Shown here piece by piece: positions 19,583-26,393 of a stretch of DNA of 26,393 nucleotides (position 1 is the first letter of the stretch; every line of letters begins with the position of its first letter). A program made the translations under genes and the position numbers. A model generated the notes under the pieces. That model was not told the origin of the DNA, searched no databases, and saw only the letters and a list, made by a program, of their open reading frames with translations. The stretch is taken from the NCBI GenBank assembly GCA_050950765.1, contig JBMNIF010000004.1, positions 1-26,393 on the forward strand, written 5' to 3'. The stretch comes from Bdellovibrionota bacterium (GTDB lineage: Bacteria > Bdellovibrionota_C > UBA2361 > JAAYZI01).

Positions 19583-22060
19583 ATGAATTCTGAAGATCGT
19601 GGCAGTCAAAATGGGAAGATAAAGATAGCACTTATCTGTGGTGGAAGTGGTGCGGAACGGGGTATCTCAATAAATTCAACACGTTCCGTGCTTGATCACT
19701 TACCCAATACAGTTGATATCATCCCGTTCTATTTTGATGTCTTTATGAATTGTTACCGGCTCTCTAAAGCGCAGCTCTATTCAAACACCCCTTCTGATTT
19801 TGATTTTAAACTAAAAGATAATGCGCGAAAAATTTCGCAGGAGGAGTTTATTTCTGAACTTAAAAACGTTGATCTAGCTTTTCCGATCATTCACGGCATC
19901 TTCGGAGAGGACGGGCAGTTGCAGCAGATCTTAGAAGATAACGAGATCCCTTATGTCGGAGGTTCGGCGCAAGCTTATAAAAAAGGTTTTCCCAAAGATG
20001 TTGCTAATACGATCCTAAAGGAAAACGGCTTTTTCACTATTCCGTTTGTCTCTGTTGAACGAACTGATTTAGTTGCAGCCAAAAAGATAGCTGAAAAGTT
20101 TTTTAAAGAAGAGAAACTAAGCAGAGCTATGATAAAACCTGCACTCGGAGGCTCTTCTATCGGTACTTATGATATTCATAATGCGGATGAGGCGGTTGCT
20201 GCGTTGCAAGATACGTTAAAGATCGGGTTACGTGTAGGAGATACCTTTATCATTGAGCCTTTTTGTAAGGGGCGTGAGTTCACCAGCATTATTGTGGAGA
20301 GTAAACACGGAGAGCCTGTGGCGTTTGTACCTACGGAGATTGAGATCGTTAAAGGTACTGAACTTTTTGATTTTAGAAGAAAATATCTTCCGACAGATTC
20401 ATCACTGTTACATTGTCCGCCGCGCTTTACTGATGAGCAGATCAAAGAGATTCAGAATGGGGCTGAGAAGATCTTTTCTCTCTTTGGATTTCACGATTTT
20501 ATGCGTGTAGATGGTTGGATACTTGATGATGGACGGATCTTAATCTCTGATATTAATCCCGTTAGTGGAATGGAGCAGTGTAGTTTTATCTTTGAGCAGA
20601 CATCCAGAGTCGGTTTTACGCATGCTTCTATTTTAGAATTGATCATAGGCAGTGCTTGCAGACGGTATAATATTAGCTCTGCACCGCTTGAAGTGAAAAA
20701 ATCGGTAGGAGAAAAGAAAAAGGTCTTTGTCTTAATGGGTGGAAAAACTGCTGAAAGGCAGGTCTCATTAATGAGTGGCACTAACGTTTGGTTAAAGCTC
20801 TCAAAGTCAGGTAATTTTGAAGCGGTGCCTTATTTAATGGATAAAAATGGTGAGGTTTGGAAGTTGTCATATTCTTTTGCGCTTAATCGTACAGTTGAAG
20901 AGATCTATCTCAACTGTTTGGATGCTACTGAGATAAACAAAAGATTAAAACCTTATGCCGAAGAGCTTTATAAAAAGTTAGATCTGCCGAATAGGTTTAA
21001 CGTTAAATCAAATACTCCTATAAAAATGACGTTGGATGATTTTTGTAAGGATGCCGTAATAAATGAAGCTTTTGTCTTTATCGGACTGCACGGCGGAGAG
21101 GGGGAGGATGGAACTATTCAGAAAAAGCTGGAGGACTATGGTTTGCTTTTTAACGGCTCTGATTCTGTGGCATCAAAGCTTTGCATAGATAAATTTAAAA
21201 CAGGAGAGGTTGTTAATGCCATAGGAGATCCGGAGATCGCATCTCTTCCAAAACAAAAATTAAATCTTAAAACTGCTAACGAGAGTGAGCTGCAAAAAAT
21301 TTGGAACGAGATGTATCAAAATACAGGTTTTGACACGATAGCGGTGAAACCTATCTCTGATGGATGTTCATCCGGAATTATTCGGCTTCATAATTTTGAT
21401 GAATTAAAGAGATATGTAGAGATTGCAAGTAACAGTGCCAATGAAGTTATTCCAGCGCATTCATTTCATAAACAAGATAATGAAGTCAATTTGCCGCAAG
21501 ATAAAAATCCTATTTATATCCTTGAGCCGTTTGTACAGGTTGATTATCTGCGGGTGGTAAAAAACGATATCGTTTACAAGAAAGATCAAGGTTGGCTTGA
21601 GTTCACGGTTGGTGTTTTAGAACAATCCGGTAAATATCATGCGCTGAATCCGAGCATTACCATTGCTGAAGGAGAGGTTTTAAGTCTGGAAGAGAAATTT
21701 CAAGGTGGAACGGGAGTTAACATTACTCCGCCCCCTGAGGATATCTTAAAAACAGAGTTTAGGGATAAAATAAAGTATGGTGTTGAGAAGGTTGCAAAAG
21801 CTCTCGGCATTAAGAGTTATGCTAGAATAGATATCTTTTTTAACCTTGATAGTGGCAAGATGATCGTAATTGAAGCTAATACCTTACCGGGGATGACACC
21901 AGCAACTGTTATTTACCATCAAGCTTTAGCGGAAGATCCACCGTTGAATCCGACAAAATTTATAGAGCGTATTATTAATGAGAAGATCTCTTCTAATGAA
22001 AGTTCTGATGAGTGTAAGAGAAAGATTAAAAGGCAACTTTGTTCTGCTGCGGCAGTGTAA
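19583..22060 (+). CDS. ddl: Tandem double-domain D-alanine--D-alanine ligase family protein
   Basis: Two Ddl units: GGSGAERGIS/HGIFGEDG/GGSSIG/RVDG and GGKTAERQVS/HGGEGEDG/GCSSG/RIDIF/EANTLPG; 825 aa. Confidence 0.9.
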   Translation: MNSEDRGSQNGKIKIALICGGSGAERGISINSTRSVLDHLPNTVDIIPFYFDVFMNCYRLSKAQLYSNTPSDFDFKLKDNARKISQEEFISELKNVDLAFPIIHGIFGEDGQLQQILEDNEIPYVGGSAQAYKKGFPKDVANTILKENGFFTIPFVSVERTDLVAAKKIAEKFFKEEKLSRAMIKPALGGSSIGTYDIHNADEAVAALQDTLKIGLRVGDTFIIEPFCKGREFTSIIVESKHGEPVAFVPTEIEIVKGTELFDFRRKYLPTDSSLLHCPPRFTDEQIKEIQNGAEKIFSLFGFHDFMRVDGWILDDGRILISDINPVSGMEQCSFIFEQTSRVGFTHASILELIIGSACRRYNISSAPLEVKKSVGEKKKVFVLMGGKTAERQVSLMSGTNVWLKLSKSGNFEAVPYLMDKNGEVWKLSYSFALNRTVEEIYLNCLDATEINKRLKPYAEELYKKLDLPNRFNVKSNTPIKMTLDDFCKDAVINEAFVFIGLHGGEGEDGTIQKKLEDYGLLFNGSDSVASKLCIDKFKTGEVVNAIGDPEIASLPKQKLNLKTANESELQKIWNEMYQNTGFDTIAVKPISDGCSSGIIRLHNFDELKRYVEIASNSANEVIPAHSFHKQDNEVNLPQDKNPIYILEPFVQVDYLRVVKNDIVYKKDQGWLEFTVGVLEQSGKYHALNPSITIAEGEVLSLEEKFQGGTGVNITPPPEDILKTEFRDKIKYGVEKVAKALGIKSYARIDIFFNLDSGKMIVIEANTLPGMTPATVIYHQALAEDPPLNPTKFIERIINEKISSNESSDECKRKIKRQLCSAAAV

Positions 22061-22150
22061 TTAGACAGTGTAATTAAACTGATAGTAATAACAGTTTGTA
22101 GATTATGTAAAAAGATGTAGCGATTTTTCTTTAGCATTAGAGAGGATTCA

Positions 22151-23554
22151 ATGAAGATTGAGATAAAAAAGTTAATAGAAATTTTAAAGGCGACTCCCTC
22201 TAATGTCTCAGATTTTAACCGTGTACTAGAAACAGCTTTAATCTTTTTTGATTCAAGAAAGTTAGTTTCGGGAGGTATCTTTGTTGCTATTTCAACTACT
22301 AAAAATGATGGAGCGTTGTATATCAAAGATGCTATGACTAAAGGAGCTGTTCTAGCTATTGCAGAGAGTAATCCTGATAATTCTCCGAATGTGTTGTTGG
22401 TAGAGGATTCCGTTAAAGCTTTTCAAGAGTTAGGTAAATATGTCCGTTCGAAATATAAAGGGCTTGTTATCGGTATTACAGGCAGTTCCGGTAAGACAAC
22501 GGGGAAAGCTTTGATTGTACAGATGCTTTCTGCATTTTCACGTGTCTTTGCTGGTGAGACCTCTTTTAATAATCATATCGGAACTCCGTATAATTTGTGC
22601 CGACTTGATTTTGATAGTGATTATGCAGTTTTTGAAATGGGAATGGATCATGCCGGTGAGATCTCTCTCCTTACTGAGTTAGTTAAGCCGAACGTGGCAG
22701 CTGTTATGAACGTTTTTCCGATGCACATTGAGTATTTTAAAGAGTTCAAAGATATCGCTTTTGCAAAAGCAGAGATCTTTGAAAAAACTGTTCATCCTAA
22801 TGGGAAAGCTATTATTAATGCTGATACTAATTTTGCTAAAGAGGTCTTAATACCGCAGGCACAAAAGGCAGGGATTAAAGAGATTATTACCTTTGGTAAA
22901 AAAGGCGATATCACCTTAAAAAGTTGCAATTTTACCTATGATGGACAAACAGAGGTTGAGATCGGTGTTGGAGATAATGTTTTTAAACATCGTGATAACG
23001 GCTTGGGGGAACGTTTTGCTTATAACGCCACCTTTGCAGTGGCAGTTGCTACAGCATTAAATCTTGATATAGCAAAGGCGTTACAAGCGATCTCTTCTTT
23101 CTCTCCGTTAAAAGGGCGTGGTAAAGTTTCAAAGATTACGATTCCGCAAGGCGCAGCTATTACGTTGATAGATGATTCTTATAACGGTCAGCCGGAAGCC
23201 GTGCGTCAAGCTATTCAGACGTTGAGTATGATGAAGTGTCCTGAAGGTGCTCGCAAGATCGCCATTATCGGTAGGATGATGGAGTTGGGGGAGAGCTCTG
23301 AGGAGGAGCACCGTGCTGTCGGAAGAGTTTTAGCAGAGAGCACGGTTGATATAGTGATAGGGATTGGAGAAGAAACAAAAGCGATGTTGGCGGAGGTGCC
23401 ATCTCCAAAAGATAAGATCTTTCAAGAATCAGTTGATGGATTGTTTGAGGTGCTTACTACCAAGCTTTTAAAGGAAGGTGATATCGTATTGATTAAGGGT
23501 TCACATTACGCCTCAAGGGTCTTTGAATTGAGCGAAAAATTTCTAACACTGTAA
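22151..23554 (+). CDS. murF: UDP-MurNAc-tripeptide--D-Ala-D-Ala ligase
   Basis: DSR, GITGSSGKTT, SFNNHIG, FEMGMDHAGEI, IDDSYN, ELG....H, KGS. Confidence 0.94.
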   Translation: MKIEIKKLIEILKATPSNVSDFNRVLETALIFFDSRKLVSGGIFVAISTTKNDGALYIKDAMTKGAVLAIAESNPDNSPNVLLVEDSVKAFQELGKYVRSKYKGLVIGITGSSGKTTGKALIVQMLSAFSRVFAGETSFNNHIGTPYNLCRLDFDSDYAVFEMGMDHAGEISLLTELVKPNVAAVMNVFPMHIEYFKEFKDIAFAKAEIFEKTVHPNGKAIINADTNFAKEVLIPQAQKAGIKEIITFGKKGDITLKSCNFTYDGQTEVEIGVGDNVFKHRDNGLGERFAYNATFAVAVATALNLDIAKALQAISSFSPLKGRGKVSKITIPQGAAITLIDDSYNGQPEAVRQAIQTLSMMKCPEGARKIAIIGRMMELGESSEEEHRAVGRVLAESTVDIVIGIGEETKAMLAEVPSPKDKIFQESVDGLFEVLTTKLLKEGDIVLIKGSHYASRVFELSEKFLTL

Positions 23555-24090
23555 CCGCCCTTCAGTGACAACAGAACGGGCTGAAATTGTAGAACGAGTC
23601 GGTTAGGTTTCTACGGAGGTCAAAATTTGGTGCCACCCTTTAGTTAAAAGTGGGTGTCCTAATTGGCGGGGTTTGCGAATTTGGTGCCACCCACCAGTAG
23701 CACGGGGATCTGCTGACTTTGGCTAGACTTGGATCTGCTGCACCCTTCAGGGAAGGTTGAACGGGCTGCAACTGTAGAACAAGTCGGTTAGGTTTCTACG
23801 GAGGTCAAAAATTTGGTGCCACCCACCAGTAAGACGGGATCAGCTAGATTTCTTTAAAATTACAACTTCTAATAATATCAAGATGTTAGCAAAATATTAG
23901 GGTTTGCGAATTTGGTGCCACCCTTTAGTTAAAGGTGGGTGTCCTAATTGGGAGGAGGTCAAAAATCTGGTGCCACCCTTCAGTGCTGCTGGGACGGGCT
24001 GATACAGCGAAGCGAGCCAGCTAGATTTGAACGGAGGTCAAAAATTTGGTGCCACCCTTTAGTAAGAGCGGGTCAGTAAGAGCGGAATTG
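23555..24090 (+). repeat. Modular intergenic repeat cluster B (same family and orientation as cluster A)
   Basis: GGTGCCACCC at 23629, 23683, 23815, 23914, 23969, 24048; degenerate copies near 23555 and 23740. Confidence 0.9.
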
Positions 24091-24093
24091 CAG

Positions 24094-24915
24094 TTATGTG
24101 GTGGGTTCTTGTTTATCTAATTTATGGATGCAGTAATCAAAGGTATCTTCCCAAAAGAGCATCGTATTTAGTTGGTGAGCTTTTAAGTTAATTAGTGCGG
24201 AAAAAGCTTTTTCACGTGTTGTTTGCGGATTGCAATGCATATCACCTAAAATACCGAGTGAAAGCCCCTTGAGATCTTCCTTACTGTATTCGTAAAAGTT
24301 CAGAGTGCCGTTAAAGGCATCGAGCGCCCAGCGATGGTTTGAGATCTCTCCGAAACATAAAAAAGTATCTTTGCCCCGTGTGGGGGTTTCTATGTAGCCA
24401 CGTTTCCCTACTCGCATCAACTCTTTGCAAGCCGCTTCAGGATCTAGGCTATGTTCTAATACATGTGAGCAGTAAACGAAATCAAAGGCTTTATCTTCAA
24501 ACGGCATATCTTCAACGTAACATTCATAGACCCGCCGCCCTTCCAACATTTTAAATGCAGCTCCGGCACGTCCGTAGTCGTTATCAGTTAGGGCAGCATC
24601 TGCCAGATCTGTGGCAAAAGGAAAGGGGATATGCCCGCTACCGATATCTAAAACGCGATCACTCGGTTTTATATTAAAATCATATCTACGAGCCTGATAG
24701 ATTTCATAACGGCAATCCGGCATAGATTTATAGATATCATACGCCATAGCACAGATCTGAAGTGCGACTTCGGGATGTTCATCTACTATCTGTTCAATTA
24801 GATCAAGGGCGAAAACGAGGTTCTTTTCTTCCAGATATCTGTTAATGCTTGCAACGATTAAAGAGACATCTTTTTCTGCGCTGCGATAAGGCTTTCGTGG
24901 TGCAATAATAGCCAT
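24094..24915 (-). CDS. Class I SAM-dependent methyltransferase
   Basis: VLDIGSG motif I; MPFEDKAFDFVYCSHVLEH; ELMRVGK. Confidence 0.88.
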   Translation of the reverse strand: MAIIAPRKPYRSAEKDVSLIVASINRYLEEKNLVFALDLIEQIVDEHPEVALQICAMAYDIYKSMPDCRYEIYQARRYDFNIKPSDRVLDIGSGHIPFPFATDLADAALTDNDYGRAGAAFKMLEGRRVYECYVEDMPFEDKAFDFVYCSHVLEHSLDPEAACKELMRVGKRGYIETPTRGKDTFLCFGEISNHRWALDAFNGTLNFYEYSKEDLKGLSLGILGDMHCNPQTTREKAFSALINLKAHQLNTMLFWEDTFDYCIHKLDKQEPTT

Positions 24916-24929
24916 AATTTTTCCCTTAA

Positions 24930-25331
24930 TTATTTGGCAGATAATTCATCCAAAACCAGCCGTGCAAAAGCATTGGCACGGTTATACATATTATGGTCTC
25001 TGAAACAGCGTGCCTTACCTGCTTTTGCGATCTTAATTCTTTCCGCATCATTTTTTAGATAGTACAGAATTTTTTGAACGGCATCATCTGAATCTTTATA
25101 GGTAACGATCTCGCGTTCAGGTTCAAAGTATCGGATCAGTCCCTGCAAAGCATCGGTAATAAGTAGAGATTCACCTGCGGTTGCCTCAAACATACGCATG
25201 TTAATGGTATCTTCTCCTCCGATATCTTCTTTATCACTTCCGTTTGTAGCGATTAAAGCGTGGTGTCCTCTGTGGTCTATTACAATACGTCCGCGACGTA
25301 ACGCTTTATGCATCTCCAATCCGAATACAGC
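24930..25331 (-). pseudogene. 3' fragment of CgeB/Glyco_trans_1_2-type glycosyltransferase (5' part missing)
   Basis: VFGLEM..L, NMRMFEATA..LLITD, FEPEREIVTY, KILYYL...ER.KIAKAG..R...H.M.NRA. Confidence 0.8.
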
Positions 25332-25523
25332 AGCGGCGTTCAGAGCAAGGAGGTTGGTCTGGTTGGCGATATCGGTGATCAGTTTGACGATGTTGTTGAT
25401 CTCCCGCATCTGCTCGTTGAGCGTGCTGATCTCGTCCACGGTCTGCTTTGAGATCTCCTCGACGAGGAGCATCTTCTTCGTCACGACATCTCCAAGAGAG
25501 GCCGCTTCGTTGCCTTCCTTCGA
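25332..25523 (-). other. Internal fragment of a methyl-accepting chemotaxis protein (GC-rich, foreign-looking)
   Basis: SKEGNEAASLGDVVTKKM...EQMREINNIVKLITDIANQTNLLALNAA; breaks off before the expected IEAARAG; C/G-ending codons unlike neighbours. Confidence 0.85.
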
Positions 25524-25720
25524 AGGGTTTAGATATTCGTCTTATTAATGAACATAATGCACTACTCTTGAGTAAATTAAATTATCTTGGTGAATATATC
25601 TTTGCATTTGATGATGTTAAAAATAAGAAGGTAATTGAGAATAAATTAGCGATTGTAAAGAAATACATTACAAGCGACTGGAGATTAAAATTCTATCTTT
25701 ATTGTCACCCATCGATGGAT
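25524..25720 (+). other. AT-rich internal coding fragment, tentatively of a radical-SAM-like protein
   Basis: Open frame GLDIRLINEHNALLLSKLNY..YIFAFD...W.LKFYLY resembles motifs recalled from phage-associated radical-SAM-like proteins; no start or stop; right boundary approximate. Confidence 0.4.
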
Positions 25721-25759
25721 ATTAAAAATAACGGGGGCGAGTACGGGTTTTATACCCGG

Positions 25760-26378
25760 GTTTCCGTCCCCTTAAAGGGGTCTTTTGTTTTGAATGAGGC
25801 AGTGCGTGCTATCATGCGCGAAGTTTACGTTTCCGTCCCTTAAAGGGGTCTTTTGTTTTGAATTGGAAAAAAGCTGGGTTGTGGCCGGCTAAGTGGGGTT
25901 TCCGTCCCCTTAAAGGGGTCTTTTGTTTTGAATCCAGTGGCATGAGATATTCAACTGCCCAGAAGATGTTTCCGTCCCCTTAAAGGGGTCTTTTGTTTTG
26001 AATTTCAGGCCCGCCGGGAGCCTATCCCGGCAGAAAGGAGGTTTCCGTCCCCTTAAAGGGGTCTTTTGTTTTGAATCGGTATTCCCCGATACCCGAACAC
26101 CCGGGAATCTACCGGTTTCCGTCCCCTTAAAGGGGTCTTTTGTTTTGAATGTTCTGCCACGCCGTTTGCGTAATATTTACAAAAACATTATGGTTTCCGT
26201 CCCCTTAAAGGGGTCTTTTGTTTTGAATTTAGACGTGGGATTTTTCTAATGACCACTGGTCATCAACGTTTCCGTCCCCTTAAAGGGGTCTTTTGTTTTG
26301 AATTAGGGGAGCCGCAACCCCGTAAAAACAGCCTAGACGCCGGTTTCCGTCCCCTTAAAGGGGTCTTTTGTTTTGAAT
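25760..26378 (-). CRISPR. CRISPR array, type III-like repeat, 9 repeats and 8 complete spacers, probably continuing past window end
   Basis: 36-bp repeat GTTTCCGTCCCCTTAAAGGGGTCTTTTGTTTTGAAT at 25760, 25829 (1-C deletion), 25898, 25968, 26041, 26115, 26193, 26268, 26343; spacers 33,34,34,37,38,42,39,39 bp; minus strand ends GGGGACGGAAAC as in M. tuberculosis and S. thermophilus III-A repeats. Confidence 0.97.
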
Positions 26379-26393
26379 GGTTGAAGGGGAAAC

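Noticed and set aside
899..23311. Antisense and nested ORFs inside obgE, rpmA, rplU, transposase, ftsQ/A/Z, kinase, ABC ATPase, helicase, ddl, murF
   Set aside because: Shadow ORFs overlapping well-supported genes with no recognisable motifs
19100..24090. GGTGCCACCC clusters as CRISPR arrays
   Set aside because: Core is only ~16 bp, spacing is irregular and linkers are homologous to each other rather than unique
24930..25484. 184-aa ORF as a novel MCP-glycosyltransferase fusion protein
   Set aside because: Both parts are truncated internal pieces with an abrupt codon/GC shift; the MCP motif stops mid-signature
25448..26249. ORFs 25448-25843 and 25998-26249
   Set aside because: They read through junctions and CRISPR repeats (VSVPLKGSFVLN is the translated repeat)

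Overview
Bacterial chromosomal segment. Gene content suggests a deltaproteobacteria/Bdellovibrionota-like host (inference). In order: a lone Flp pilin, rplU-rpmA-obgE, an OmpR-family regulator, a secreted S1 protease, a complete IS1634-family element (6-bp TSD) inserted into an ~80-bp tandem repeat, a truncated dcw cluster (murC-murB-ftsQ-ftsA-ftsZ, no ddl), a cold-shock protein, a hybrid kinase, a catalytically degenerate ABC ATPase, and a HelY/Ski2-like helicase split by in-frame TAG codons with a 219-bp triplication. A double-domain ddl plus murF module is bracketed by two clusters of a modular GGTGCCACCC repeat. The last ~1.4 kb is a patchwork: a glycosyltransferase 3' end, a ~190-bp GC-rich MCP fragment, a ~190-bp AT-rich fragment, and a type III-like CRISPR array (9 repeats, no cas genes in window) whose spacers are often hairpin-forming. 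The most interesting items are the repeat-bracketed ddl-murF cassette, the structured spacers, the split helicase and the mosaic end. The last two may be assembly artefacts.
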